Assembly (NCBI GenBank): GCA_951406725.2
Contig: OX597822.1
Span: 10,106,001-10,170,000, forward strand
Direction of reading: 5' to 3'
Source of the DNA: Octopus vulgaris
Lineage: Eukaryota
Length of the DNA stretch: 64,000 nucleotides
Shown here one piece after another: positions 42,428 through 56,488 of the stretch; the first letter of the stretch is position 1, and each line of letters begins with the position of its first letter. Below the pieces are notes generated by a model. The model had not been told where the DNA came from and did not search any database. It saw nothing but the letters and a program-made list of their open reading frames with translations. Both the position numbers and the translations under genes were made by a program.

Positions 42428-44189
42428 AAATTTATATGTGGGCGTGTGTATACGTTAATATTTCTGTTTAGCCCCACAAGCCATTTTAACTCTATTAATC
42501 ACTATATTTCTCTCCCTTTATTTTTCTCTCTCTGATCTCACCTCACCTCACCTCACAACCTCCTATATACATTTTTTACAACCACCTACTCGTCCTCCAC
42601 CGCCACCGCCTACACACACATACAACTCTTTATCACTCCAGCTTTCGCACTCTTTCGTTTTGATGCTCCACCTTTTGCTCTTACCACCCAACGTACGGCT
42701 TTTAGAATCCCACTTAGAAACCTTTATCGGTGCCACTTATAAACCATCACCGCCCCATATAATCACGGTTTGTACCAGCTAAACTCGTGATGAAAGCGCA
42801 GATGGAACCGATTCCCGTTGATTTAAGTCAGTGTCAACCTTATTTACAGCACTTACCACTTACATTAACGTTGTATACACTCAAGACACCGGGGAAATCT
42901 CGAGTCTGCTAAAAACAATAATTCGTTCTACTGTCTTAATGAGAGGACTTATTGTGTAAGAGGAATAACTGTATTATTGTATAACTTATTGCGATTGTAC
43001 AGTATGACAAAATGATTAAGTCGATAGCTTTGCAGCAACAACTAATTCCCAAGTTCGATCTTACCGCGTGCCATCTTGGGCGAATATAATTTTCTATTGC
43101 TTAATAAGGGAAAATAGGTAGTTTGGAAATCTTATAGAGGTTCGATGTGTGGCTAGTATCTTTTATTAACAAAAATAATAACCACAGCCTTGTCACACGC
43201 TGTATCACTATATCATGATAATTCTGCATGTGAAATACGTTAAGTTTACACGTATCGCTAGCGTGCTCTGGGATCTTTTCAGTTTGGCTGTTAATTGTCG
43301 AAAATTCAAAGTTGACTGAAAATTTTAAAATTTGGTACATTAATGTAGTTTTCCAAGCTGAATCTCAGGAGATATTTCACATTTTTCATAAAAAAAAAAA
43401 AAATTTTAACTTATAGAGATTTAAAGTTTGATAATATTCAACCGGTCAGGAAACAGAATTTGGCTAAAATTACCAAAAATTTGCAAACTTAAAAACTAAT
43501 AACTCTTTATTTATTGAATTATTGCGAAAATAAAGTTCCAAGCAGTGATTGGCATATAAAACTATCATTACACCGACTATGAAATCAATTCAAGCAGGAA
43601 TTGAAGAGACTGAAAATTGGTAGCCCAACTTAAAAGACCCCTGCTCTGCCATGTATTTTAATTTAGAAATAAGGGATTTAATCGATCAAATAATTTCAAA
43701 CTTGAGATAAACGAATTCAACTAATATACAACATTCATTGCTTTTTGAAGGCAGCGTTTCAGATTTCTTCAGTTCTTTGGGACAACCGAATTTGAACTTT
43801 TTTCCATTTCCCCTGAATTTTAAACTTGTAATATATATAAATATAATCATTTTTCAGAGATGTACATGTCTGGTAAGTGATTTGACCTGACACCATGTGC
43901 TGAAATTGAGACAGTTACAAATTATAGTGTGGAAGACACATTAGCTTTTCAAAAAGCACACAAAATTTAACTTTCAACACCAAATAAATAATTAGTCACA
44001 TTGGGTGTTTTGTCACCCCCGAATTTTTAAGTGCTCGTAATTCCTCGTTGACAATTTGTTTCTTTTGCTCCCTCCAACTACTTTCCTGACTCAGTGAGGG
44101 TGTGTAGCACGCGCTGTGGTGCCGTTGTAGCTCAATCGCTTTTATTTCAACCAGTTGGGAATCATAGTGAAAGGTAAGGACTGCATACG

Positions 44190-44396
44190 AGCACGCCGGG
44201 CGAAGTGCTTCGCGGTATTTCGCCCGTCGCTACGTTCTGAGTTCAAATTCCGCCGAGGTCGACTTTGCCTTTCATCCTTTCGGGGTCGATAAATTAAGTA
44301 CCAGTTACGCACTGGAGTCGATATAATCGACTTAATCCGTTTGTCTGTCCTTGTTTGTCCCCTCTATGTTTAGCCCCTTGTGGGTAGTAAAGAAAC
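44190..44396 (+). mobile_element. SINE-like family B
   Basis: Matches the 18708 copy; first ~20 bp missing. Confidence 0.85.
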
Positions 44397-44999
44397 ATAT
44401 ATAAAATGCTATATAAAGGGCTATATATAAAGTTTCTGGCTTTGGGTAAAAAATAAAAAGAAAGGACAGGAAAACCAGTAATTATGATTTTATTCACCAT
44501 ATTCCCCTCTCAGATTCACACACTTTATCCATTTTCGGAAGTCGGAGATGACTAATGCAGGGTTAAGTGAAGTTAACAGTTTTCTGTAGTTTTGAATGAC
44601 TAATATGTGTCATCGACGCCGTCATTGTTTTATTTCCTACCGTGGACTTGATTATTGAAGCCAGCACATGGGACGAGTGCCAGCTTTCGGTGACCTTTAA
44701 AATCAATGCTAGCATCGTTTAGTCAACGTTGGTGTAATGACTCGCACATTGTATAAAGGATGTAGCCGTCACGCATGGTGTTAGAGAGAAAAACAACCAG
44801 GAGCTTGTTCAGGTAATTCCAGTTGTCAAGGTCCGTTATACGCACATACATATACACATCCATCCATATATATGTATACATACATATGCATACATACGCA
44901 TCCATTATATGTGTGTGTGTGTGTGTGCATGTATACACACACGCATACTCATACATGTATATATATAGCGCCAGTCCCCATACTTTTTGATCAGACCTC

Positions 45000-45069
<70 letters not shown>

Positions 45070-45079
45070 GTATATATAT

Positions 45080-45490
45080 AGGCGCAGGAGTGGCTGTGTG
45101 GTAAGTGGCTTGTCTACCAACCACATGGTTGCGGGTTCAGTCCCACTGCGTGGCACCTTGGGCAAGTGTCTTCTACTATAACCTCGGGCCGACCAAAGCC
45201 TTGTGAGTGGATTTGGTAGACGGAAACTGAAAGAAGCCCGTCGTATATATGTATATATATATATGTATGCGAGTGTGTATTTGTGTGTCTGTGTTTGTCC
45301 CCTAGCATTGCTTGACAACCGATACTGGTGTGCTTATGTGCCCGTTACTTAGCGGTTCGGCAAAAGAGACCGATAGAATAAGTACTGGGCTTACAAAAGA
45401 ATAAGTCCCGGGGTCGAGTTGCTCGACTAAAAGGCGGTGCTCCAGCATGGCCGCAGTCAAATGACTGAAACAAGTAAAAGAATAAAAGAA
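45080..45490 (+). mobile_element. SINE family A, full length
   Basis: Matches the other family A copies. Confidence 0.92.
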
Positions 45491-45506
45491 TATATATATA
45501 TATATA

Positions 45507-46072
45507 CGAGGTCTGATCTGATCAAAATATATGGGGACTGGCGCTATAGAAAGAAAATGAACACATGTCAATGCGGCATTTATTATTCTTCGACGTATTC
45601 TCTTCTGAAGTCACACACTTTACCTAGCGTCGTTTCCATCGATGGAAACATTCCTGGAACTCCTTTTTGAAGCTAGCGAGCAGCTGCCTCATCGCACTCT
45701 CTTGAATTTCCTCGACACCTTAAAATAGTGTTCCTTTCAAGTGGAATTCCCGTCAAGCTTGGGTTTCGGAGTTATAGGCATAGACTTACGAGTCGTTACC
45801 TGTGATGATCGTTTTCAAAAAGTTGTCATCTTCCTCGACACAATCAAAGATATCCTTCGCAGTTGAAACCCGATCTTCTTTCTGAGACACTCAACACACT
45901 TTACTTCCAAGCACTGCTATAAATAACGGACATGAGCGAGGACGTTATAATGTATTGTGCATTCGCGACAGTGTTCAAGGCCAATCTATGTTAAGCGGCT
46001 TCACTCTGCGTATTGTAGCATTATAGCCCTGTTATCAGTGTAACACTCCCTATACATTTTGATCAGATCTCG
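45507..46072 (-). mobile_element. Internally deleted mariner
   Basis: TIRs CGAGGTCTGATC.. / ..TTTTGATCAGATCTCG with TA flanks; internal GTTTCCATCGATGGAAACATTCCTGGAACTC shared with about 57428-57460. Confidence 0.75.
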
Positions 46073-46075
46073 TAC

Positions 46076-46126
<51 letters not shown>

Positions 46127-46129
<3 letters not shown>

Positions 46130-47375
46130 AGTCATCCGATAAGTTGTTGCCTTTTTTAAAAATTGAATGCAATTTAATAGTATTTTAGAATGTCTAATGG
46201 AATTTAAAACTATTTTTTATGAATTTGTGTACATTTAAACTAATTAAATATTATGTTACAGAATAATAGAATTAAAATTTCTTTGATAAAAACCATTTCT
46301 AACATGGAAGTATCCAAAGAGCATTTGAGGCACATAATGCTTTATGAGTACCAAAAAAGGAGACTCTGCAGCCGAAGCGACTCGAAATATACTCTCAGTT
46401 TATGGGAAAGAATGCTTGAATGAAAGAACTTGCAGAAGATGGTTTTCAAAATTCAGAAGTGGAGATTTCAGCCTTGAAGGTGAAGATCGAACCGGACGTC
46501 CAGCTGTAATTTCATGATGAGTTCCTTGAGGCACTACTTGAAGAAAATCCTGCATTATCTGCTGAAGTATTGGCAATAAAGCTTAGTTTAAACCATACAA
46601 CTGTCCATCGTCATCTTCAACAACTTGGAAATATTCCTAAATTTGGACAATGGGTGCCCCATGAATTGTTCGAAAGCAACCACAAATCCCGAGTTGACAT
46701 CTGCTCTTCTCTCCATTCTCGCGAACTCATTTTACCCTTCTTGGATAGACTTGTGACTGGTGACGAAAAATGGATCTTCTATCGAAATGTTAAACGTCGT
46801 AAACAATGGCTCGGTAAAAAGGAAAAAGTTCAACCACAACCGAGAAGGGAACTTCATGGGGAAAAGGTTCTTCTCTCTATCTGGTGGGATTGCAAAGGAG
46901 TAATTCACTTTGAATTGTTACCACCTAATGCAATAATCAATGCTCAAGTCTACTGTCAGCAATTAGAGCGTTTGAAGAATAAAACACCTGTTTTAGTGAA
47001 TCGAAAAGGAGTGATGCGCGACCCCACACTGCAAAGATCACATCACAGAAGATCGAAGAGCTTGGTTGGGAAAAAATTCCTCATCCACTTTATTCTCCTG
47101 ACCTTGCTCCTTCAGACTACCATTTGTTTCATAGTTTACAGAATCATTTGGGGATCATAACTTCCGCAAGCAAGGAGGAGGTCGAAACTGCCATTTCAGT
47201 GTTCTTCACTTTGAAACCAAAATTTTTGCATTGATGGGATTGAAAAGCTTGTAAATAGATGGAAGGAAATCATAGATAATCAGGGAAAGTACATTGATGA
47301 TTACATTTCAATTAAATATTACATTTGATCATTTGTTTTCTTTATTTAAAATTCGGACAGAATTTATGGGATGGC

Positions 47376-47379
<4 letters not shown>
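46127..47379 (+). mobile_element. Full-length decayed mariner (~1.25 kb), transposase pseudogene
   Basis: ATG at 46304 (MEVSKEHLRHIMLYE), WVPHEL, TGDEKW, YSPDLAPSDYHLF; frameshifts and a damaged HDNARPH region; imperfect TIRs set in (TA)n. Confidence 0.93.
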
Positions 47380-47435
<56 letters not shown>

Positions 47436-47779
47436 ATAAAAAGCAGAAAAATATAAATTAATTTAATTATTTTAATGGCATGAATTATTATTATTATTTA
47501 TATAATTACGTAATTATGCAAATAATGATATTTTATACTCCTGGAAAAACAAATTATGAAGGAAATGCGAAACTAATGCTTTTCTGTTTTTTTAATTCTA
47601 AATATAGTACTCTGTAGGATATTTTACACTGTTTCTGCATAAACAAGCAAGTTTGTTCCTTTACGATTTAGTGCATTGTAAACGTGTTATCAGTTGTGGC
47701 CTTATCGGGGAATATTCTTTAATGCTTATACATCACACTTTTTTTCATTGTCTGTCCCACATTATATCTTCTTTTCTTT

Positions 47780-47815
47780 TTTCTAATGAAGGACTAGCGC
47801 CCGAAACGTTAGATA
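47780..47815 (+). ncRNA. Decayed minimal hammerhead-like motif
   Basis: CTAATGA A GGACTAGCGCCC GAAAC GTT, followed by the AAACTAATA block seen in related units. Confidence 0.4.
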
Positions 47816-47918
47816 CACTTTTTCTTCCTTTTAAGCATTAAACTAATAACACCTTGGTTGAAATTTACTCTCGTTTTGTCTTCCTTTTTATTAATTACTA
47901 AATATATGTGTACAATAT

Positions 47919-48331
47919 AGGCGCAGGAGTGGCTGTGTGGTAAGTAGCTTGCTAACCAACCACATGGTTCCGGGTTCAGTCCCACTGCGTGGCATCTTGG
48001 GCAAGTGTCTTCTGCTATAGCCCCGGGCCGACCAATGCCTTGTGAGTGGATTTGGTAGACGGAAACTGAAAGAAGCCTGTCGTATATATGTATATATATA
48101 TAAGTGTGTGTGTATATGTTTGTGTGCCTGTGTTTGTCCCCTTAGCATTGCTTGACAACCGATGCTGGTGTGTTTACGTCCCCGCCACTTAGCGGCTCGG
48201 CAAAAGAGACCGATAGAATAAGTACTGGGCTTACAAAGAATAAGTCCCGGGGTCGATTTGCTCAACTAAAGGCGGTGCTCCAGCATGGCCGCAGTCAAAT
48301 CACAGAAACAAGTAAAAGAGTAAAAGAGTAT
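47919..48331 (+). mobile_element. SINE family A, full length
   Basis: Matches the other family A copies. Confidence 0.92.
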
Positions 48332-48949
48332 ACATACACACGTACACACACATAAGCATATGTATAACGCGTGTGTGTGTATGTACACACACGTATATAA
48401 TAATCGTTCCATATATATATATACACACATTCATATATTCGCATGTTTACATGAATCCATGTGTACAATCATACGTAAGATACACCAATGAATATATCTA
48501 TTCATACACGATGTGTATATAAGATGCAGGTATATTTCTTTACAGACTAGTTAGAATGAAAAGCCGTCTTGACAATGACCTTTGCAGATTCTCATAGAGT
48601 GAAGTGAAATCGGCCGGTTCTCAGCTTCAACACCAACTGAAAAAAATATGTGAGTAGATTGCATGTAGCAAGATTCGGTGAAACTAAAAGTACTCAAGAT
48701 CCAGGTGGCGATATTGAACCTCTCTTCAGCTCAGAGAAGGATATATAGTTCGGCAAGTTCACTTAAATCGTCGGCAACAATAAAAGAACATCATGCATAT
48801 AAGTACATAAATTCGGCAAAGCATAAATTTAGAAGAAATTGCCACGGAGATGTATGGAGTACGGAAGTTGAATTTTAAATACCAGATGGTTTTGTTGACA
48901 TTTTTAATATGGTTCTTACTGAACTAAGTCCTTATAATTTATTATATGT

Positions 48950-48977
48950 GTTGCTGTTGTTGTTGTTGTTGTTGTTG

Positions 48978-49023
<46 letters not shown>

Positions 49024-49025
49024 CA

Positions 49026-49062
<37 letters not shown>

Positions 49063-49133
49063 CATCATTATTATTATTATTTATTAACATTATATTTTTT
49101 ACATATTAATAAAGAAAACTACTAGAGCTAATC

Positions 49134-49190
<57 letters not shown>
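48950..49190. repeat. (TTG)n(TTA)n and (TAG)n microsatellites
   Basis: Direct reading. Confidence 0.9.
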
Positions 49191-49631
49191 TGAATTATCA
49201 TTATTTTCGCTTTTGTTGACAGTATTTCTGGTGTTGTTTTTGTTGATATTTCTCGACGTGGCAAGACATTTTTCCACATGCTTCTCATTGTTACTTTTCG
49301 GTCACAGAAGTGGATGCTCATTTTAAGTGACATGTCGTGTTCGCTTGTTTACGAGGTAAGGTGAGAATTGATTTTATTATTTTTACTCTGCTTAAGCAAA
49401 AAGAAAAATGACCTTTAGAAAAAAAATAGTTCAACGTAGCAATATGGCGACAAAACATAAAAGGATAACTCCTTAAGAAAGAAAAAGAAAGAAAGAAAAG
49501 ATATTTCTCCAAACATAAAAAAAAATGGCAAAATTATGTGAAATAATGTAGGACCCATATGATCTGAAAGACAGAAACATTAAGTTTTCCAAAATATAAA
49601 AATATTGTGGAAAGTGGAATGGCTCATTGAT

Positions 49632-50065
49632 AGGCGCTGGAGTGGGTGTGTGGTAAGTAGCTTGCTTACCAACCACGTGGTCATGCGTTCAGTCGCACTG
49701 CGTGGCACCTTGGGTAAGTGTCTTCTACTATAGCCTCGGGCCGACTAAAGCCATGTGAGTGGATTTGGTAGACGGAGACTGGAAGAAGCCCGTCGTATAT
49801 GTGTTTTTATATATATATGTGCGTGTGCGTGTATGTGTAGGTGTGTGTGTGCGTGTGTGTGTATTTGTGTGTCCATGTTTGTCTTCCCAACACCACTTGA
49901 TAACCGATGCTGGTGTGTTTGCGTCCCCGCGGCTTAGCGGTTCGGCAAAAGAATCCGATAGAATAAGTACTAGGCTTACACAGAATAGGCTCTGGGGTCG
50001 ATTTGCTCGATTAAAGGCGGTGCTCTAGCATGGCCGCAGTCAAATGACTAAAACAAGTAAAAAGG
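49632..50065 (+). mobile_element. SINE family A, older copy
   Basis: Matches the other copies with more divergence. Confidence 0.88.
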
Positions 50066-50224
50066 AAAAAAAAGAAGAAAGTGGCTTATTTGGAAGCAAC
50101 CACATCAACAACAATGGCAACAACAGCAACAACAGAATGAAGATAAGTTTTTGTAAAATTTCCTTACGCACAGAGTTTCTCAATATGGTTATGAAAGTAT
50201 TGCTTTAGAGTTATGTCATCAATG

Positions 50225-50830
50225 AGCCATTCCGCCTCCTTCCATTGTTGTCGGTCACGCCACTATGACACAGGTGATAAGTGACATCCTCGCCCGGCAC
50301 CTTAATAGGTTGATGGCCAACATCAGCGAATCGGACCTCTGAAAGGCAAGCAACATTCACGCAGTACTTGTGCAAAGCCTTCATCGTTAGCGCCTGGACA
50401 CCGTCGGGTTCTGACGTTCCAGCACGCTACCTTCAGTTCTGTCCTACATTTAAAGAGCGGGACTACTCCAGGAGTAGTTTGAAGAGCCATATCAGTTTGA
50501 GGGTTGTTGATTGGTTGCTTAGGTAGATAATTCGTATTCGTATTTATTGCCATGGTAGTAGTAGGATTCATATTGAATTCACAAGCGGTCCTCGACATCC
50601 CGCATGCATATCCCGAGTGACGGGACGCCCTGTTTGCCGCGGAGTCTCCACAGACGCAGGGACAGAACGACCTCGAAGCCGTCGGCTGCCGATCAGACGC
50701 CTCTTGGAATTTTCACCAGTCTGCGGCCCTAATACCGCTCGGTACCAGACCAATCCGCCTTGGGTGGCCCTATCAGGAACCGAAGTTCCCGACGGCATAG
50801 CTCTGACACTGCCCGTTTTACACTACTCTA
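50225..50830 (-). mobile_element. RTE-like LINE 5' fragment: UTR plus AP-endonuclease N-terminus
   Basis: LKVACWNVRT, then after a frameshift VNVACLSEVR (APE motifs I and II); GC-rich upstream segment. Confidence 0.75.
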
Positions 50831-51159
50831 CCGCTTTGCCCGAAGAAATTGTGGAAGAACAAACAAGGCAAAACCTAGAGTAAGTATAGCTGCAGGAATG
50901 TTGGAGTTTTCTCTATGCTCTCCAGAGATCAACTAAAGGATGAATTGACCGTCGTATGGACAAGCATCTTTTATGTCCACCGAAGCAATCCTTACAGTGC
51001 CGTTTGTTTGCCACACCATCAAGTGCAACGTCAAGCGGAAACAATGTGAAAAACGTATGTCTATTGCATCATATCTTAGCAGATGAGCCAGCATAGCACT
51101 CGATCTGCTAGATAGACGTTGACTCTACACTAGCTTCATCTGTCCTGTTGACAGGTCTT

Positions 51160-51570
51160 GTTTTTAGTCCTTCAAGGTCTCAAGGACCTATCTTCAACTG
51201 GTAGGAATGCAAGTGTAGTCCCCACGATTCGTCCATACAACAGGTTGTAAGAGAGAGGCAGCCTTCAACCTTTCTTAAGGCGTGCCTCATGTCTCTACAT
51301 TATATTGATATAAAACCAGACATGTAAGAAATGGCAATGGACATTTTGAGGATCTTTCGCTTGCACTTGAGATTCATGGCACTCCCAGATTCCTGATCCG
51401 GCGACCCATATTGACACTAGATATCTTGCCTCGGATTGTCAATAGCAGGGAGAGGGTCATTGAGGTATCGTGGAACCTTTATTGAGCCTAAAGCTTTGCG
51501 TAGGCATTGCTGACGTTTTGTATGGCCAATGGTCAGTGATGGTCTTCCTCGGTCATGAGTGGACAGCCTT
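51160..51570 (-). mobile_element. Possible decayed RTE-like 3' ORF remnant
   Basis: Weak similarity only; NLLYGRI resembles RLPKxLLYGEL. Confidence 0.3.
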
Positions 51571-52032
51571 CATCATATATGTTGGTTTGTATGTATATAT
51601 GTGTTGTCTGTGTGAAAATATTGCGTGTGTGTGAGTGGCGTATTTGATTTATGTGTTTGTGTGTTCTGTTTGTTTAATGTGCTGTCTGCTAGAATAATGT
51701 ATGTGTGTGTGTGTTGTGTATGTGTGAGAGAGAGACAGGAAGAGAGAAGGGAAGAAAGAGAAGAGAGCAAGAGAGAGAGAGGAGGAAGAGAGAGGAAAAG
51801 TGAAAGAGAGGAAGAGATAGCAGGAGAGGCTTGTGTTGTTTTTGCTCGCGTTTTGCATCCATGCTTGTGCGTCGTATGTGAGTTGTCAACGCATGCGCGG
51901 TTTGTTTGCATGTATGTGTTGAGTTGTGAGTGTGTGCGTGTTTTGTACGGGTAGTAAGTGTTGTGAGTGTGTATCTGTGTGTGAGCTGTGTGCCGTGTGT
52001 GTGTGTTGTGTATGTTTGGGTTATGGCTGAGC

Positions 52033-52063
<31 letters not shown>

Positions 52064-52112
52064 CAGTTGAGTGTGATTAATATATCAATATCAGCTGTGT
52101 TTGTGTGCATGC

Positions 52113-52145
<33 letters not shown>

Positions 52146-52540
52146 GAAATTGCACGTATCGCTTGTGTGTGAGAGTAATATAGGTGTGTGAGAATCATAT
52201 ATATGTTTAAGAGTTGTGTTCCTTGTGCGTGTATGTATGTGTGTGTGCTATATGTATGAATAATATGTGTGGGTTGTGTGTGGATGTATCTGCTGTATGA
52301 GTGCATGTGTGTGTATGTGCGTATGAGTTGTGTGTGTTGCATGAATGTGTTTGTTGTGGGTGTGGGTGTGGGTGTGGGTGTGTATGTCGTATCGGTTACT
52401 CTTCCTGAAGGTTCCACTCGTACAAAGTCAGTTTCATGCAACATTATATATCTGGAGACGTCTGTCGTTTCTTGCGGTGCACATTTAATATATAATGTTT
52501 GGGTGTGTTTCAAATATAATTATAACATAAAAAAACATAA

Positions 52541-52765
52541 GGTGGCGAGCTGGCAGAAATGGACAAAATGTTTAGCATGCCGGACAAAATGCTTATTGGA
52601 ATTTCGTCCGTCTTTACGTTCTGAGATAAAATTCCTCCGAGTTAAACTTTGCCTTCGATCCTTTTGGAGGTCGATAAAGTAAGTACTGATTGAGAACTGG
52701 GGTCGATGTAATTGAGTAGCCTCTTTCCCCGAAATTTCAGGCTTTGTGCCAACAGAAAGGATTCT
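52541..52765 (+). mobile_element. SINE-like family B, diverged
   Basis: GGTGGCGAGCTGGCAGAA head; GTCGATAAAGTAAGTAC..CTGGGGTCGATGTAAT. Confidence 0.75.
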
Positions 52766-52784
52766 TACATAACAACATGAATTG

Positions 52785-53445
52785 ACTGCGGAATATGTAA
52801 CCATGTGTGACAGGGTGAAGTAGCGTGAGAAGTGTGACGCCATGCACTGCGGAATATGTAACTGTGTGATAGGGTGACGTAGCGTGAGAAGTGTGACGCC
52901 ATGCACTGCGGAATATGTAACTGTGTGATAGGGTGACGTAGTGTGAGAAGTGTGATGCCATGCACTGCGGAATATGTAACTGTGTGATAGGGTGACGTAG
53001 CGTGAGAAGTGTGACGCCATGCACTGCGGAATATGTAACTGTGTGATAGGGTGACGTAGCGTGAGAAGTGTGACGCCATGCACTGCGGAATATGTAACTG
53101 TGTGATAGGGTGACGTAGCGTGAGAAGTGTGACGCCATTCACTGCGGAATATGTAACTGTGTGATAGGGTGACGTAGCGAGAGAAGTGTGATGCCATGCA
53201 CTGCGGAATATGTAACCATGTGTGATAGAGCGACGTAGCGTTAGAAATGTGACGCCATGCACTGCGGAATATGTAACCATGTGTGATAGGGTGACGTAGC
53301 GTGAGAAGTGTGACGCCATGCACTGCGGAATATGTAACCATGTGTGATAGGGTGACGTAGCGTGAGAAGTGTGACGCCATGCACTGCGGAATATGTAACT
53401 GTGTGATAGGGTGAAGTAGCGTGAGAAGTGTGACGCCTTGCACTG
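52785..53445. repeat. Minisatellite, 11 units of 59/61 bp
   Basis: Unit ACTGCGGAATATGTAAC(CA)TGTGTGATAGGGTGACGTAGCGTGAGAAGTGTGACGCCATGC. Starts at 52785, 52846, 52905, 52964, 53023, 53082, 53141, 53200, 53261, 53322 and 53383. Confidence 0.97.
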
Positions 53446-54339
53446 TGTTGTGCAGTTCTATATTTAGAATGTTAACATAATACATGAGAGTAATTATGTG
53501 TGTCGAGTACTGTTATAAGCATTTGGGTAAGTCATTTTTCTGTAGCTTCGTGTCACCCACGCCCGTGACTGAAATTGGGTAGTCAGATACTATGTAGAAG
53601 CCCGTCAGATGTTCCCTTAATTCAAAGGACCATAATCTTGACAATCATTGTGTCAGTTTTCACAAGTATAATCATTCAGTGAGATTCCAGACACTTTCTT
53701 ATATTAACAAGTACAGCATTATTCCGAACTATACAACGTAAATTCTGCCTGAGTTTCATATTAAAGACGTACGTGTCTGGTGAATATTCTCTTATTTACA
53801 CGTTAATAATATGATTATAATATTTGCCGAAACCGCTGGAAATGTATTTACGTACAGTTGTCAGTAGTGACATCATTGTTCAAAATTGGATTATTTAGAT
53901 TCTTCTCCAGAAAAGAAATACTTAATAAAGGGATCAACGGAATATAAGAAGCACTTATCAACAGTCGGTATTTCAGCAAACCAAGTGAATGAAAAATATA
54001 GTACAACACTTATGAATTTACAACACAGTACACTTCTTAAAATATACTATCTACGTGCATTATAAAAGTCAAATATTTAGTGACGGTGGAATAGACGGGC
54101 GTCTTATCAAATTACCTCATAAAACAGAAACACAAAATGCATTAGTCTAGATCAAACACCAATAAAGTATTATAAAAACATAATTTAAAGTCTTTTTATC
54201 GAAATCTGCGAATTAGCTTCTGAAGATCAATGTGATTTCAAAATTGCACTGGAGGTGTTAACATCTGTAAAACTTTCCAGAAGTTTATTATTTATGTATA
54301 TATGAGCATGTCTAGACATGCAACTATATGCATGAGAAT

Positions 54340-54496
54340 CAGGAGCGGACTGAAAGTATTAAGGGCACGCAGGTATAACTGTTCACCGGGCTCCATAGCA
54401 TTGATATCAAAGGGAGTTAACATATCGAATACGGGCCTCTCAGAGCTCCGGGCCCTAGGGCAGTACCCGATTGACCGACAGCTCAGTCCACCCCTG
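54340..54496. mobile_element. hAT-type MITE
   Basis: TIRs CAGGAGCGGACTGA / TCAGTCCACCCCTG; 8-bp flanks ATGAGAAT / CTGAGAAT. Confidence 0.7.
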
Positions 54497-55169
54497 CTGA
54501 GAATAGATACATAAAACAAAGCATGCAAATCTGCACGTTTACATACATACAAAATACCCCACTGAAGTTGTTGGAATTCGAATCAAGGAGCCTTGGATCT
54601 AGGTTAGAAACCGGCCCTTTATTGGCATAAAATCTTGAACTAAAACTAAACAAGACATACATATACGCATACATGTATACACCCACATCCACATATACAC
54701 ACGCACACACAATTGCAAGCATACAAGAGAAAAACAAGGTAAGAAACGGTAGGAGATACTTGTCCAATACTTTCTCAATACAAAATTAAAGCGAGATATC
54801 TCAGGTTAAAATGCTGACTACGCAAGTTGTCAATTGAATGTGACCCTTGTATTGTGAAGCGCTTGGCTGTACTGAGTAGTCTGACTATACTTAATTTTTC
54901 ACGTACTTAGTCGTCCGGGTTCAAATCTCACTCCAGGTATTAATACATTCCGCTTTGTTTTTTTTTAGTGTGAAATTTAGATTATTATTTTAAAACTGAT
55001 TTAAGAAAAACGGCAAAACTTAAAATTAGAGTTAACATGAAATTTGCAGTCAATATTTATTTAATATGTGAAGGTGATAAAATAATTACTAAAGAGATTA
55101 CGCGACGGATCAACCTTAATCGACTCTAGATTCTGTCCTTCCCAAATACCCGAGTTTAGAGAGAAAAGA

Positions 55170-55231
<62 letters not shown>

Positions 55232-55290
55232 AACACATATATACATATATGTGTGTTTGTGTATGTATGTATATATGTATGTATATATGC

Positions 55291-55339
<49 letters not shown>

Positions 55340-55416
55340 CATGCATACATACACACACATATATATATGTACATATCAGCATAAATAAATAAATAAATAA
55401 ATATATATACATACAT

Positions 55417-55510
<94 letters not shown>

Positions 55511-56132
55511 GTTGTGCGTGTGTGTGGGGGTTGTGCGTGTGTGTGTGTTTGTATATGTAAGCGTTTGTGCGTGAGGGAGTGAAAGTTAAATTCATCTTAA
55601 TTTTCGTAACCCACAAGACCTAAAATCGCATTGAGCACGAACTGCTCCATATCAAAGGCTCACGATAAGCCAGTGAATCTTTATCACACAGTAGCCACAC
55701 AATAAGCTATTAGATGCTGCAGATCTTGTTGAATTTGATTAAATATATATATATATATATACATATATTTATACACGCTGTGTTTGAAAAGAGTAATGGA
55801 GGTTGGGTAAAGAACGGATGGTTTCCGTATAGACGATGGTGAACAATTGAAATAATTAGAAAACAACAAAGAGAGTATAGAAAATATAGGGAAAGAAAAG
55901 AAAGAGGAAGGAGTACATTTGAAGGAAAGAAAGAAATGAAAAGGAGGAGAGATAAAAAGAAACTGTTGTTGGTTTTCTGTCTCAAGTTGTCGGTTTGATA
56001 AGTTAGGTGCTCCTAGGTGTGTGTTGACATCGGTCTTTGTGATTTTTTGACATCAGACTGAGGTCATGTACCGTTTGTGTATAAACTTCGCATTATAAAC
56101 GCATCTCCATAAGTATATATACACAAACATAA

Positions 56133-56169
<37 letters not shown>

Positions 56170-56488
56170 ACACATACACAAATATACTGGTATATGTTCT
56201 CACACACGCATTTATATACATAAACACTTATGCTTTTAAATGCATAACCCTCACATCACACTTGAAGCTAGCTTCATACAAACTTTTAGCATCTCCCGTC
56301 ACAGTTAAAATAAAGATTTTAAAAAAGACAGAAGAGAGAAAGAGAGAGAGAGGGGGGAGAAAAAAAGAGAGAAAGAGAAAAGGGAACAGAGAAAGAGAGA
56401 TAAAGCAATAGAGATAGAGAGAGAGAGACGGACAGCGCTACAGAGGGTGGGAGAGGAATATGACGAGGTGTTGAGTGTGGCCGGTCGG

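Noticed and set aside
46570-47160. Functional transposase or SETMAR-like host gene
   Set aside because: Frameshifts, a damaged second catalytic Asp region and flanking TIRs indicate a dead mariner
52520-53485. 321-aa repetitive ORF, or a CRISPR-like array
   Set aside because: The ORF cycles through the frames of a 59/61-bp repeat. Units are head-to-tail with no unique spacers and no cas genes.
54560-54620. CTGAAGT...GAAACCGGCC hammerhead-like motif
   Set aside because: Core and cleavage triplet both mutated, and stem I is not evident
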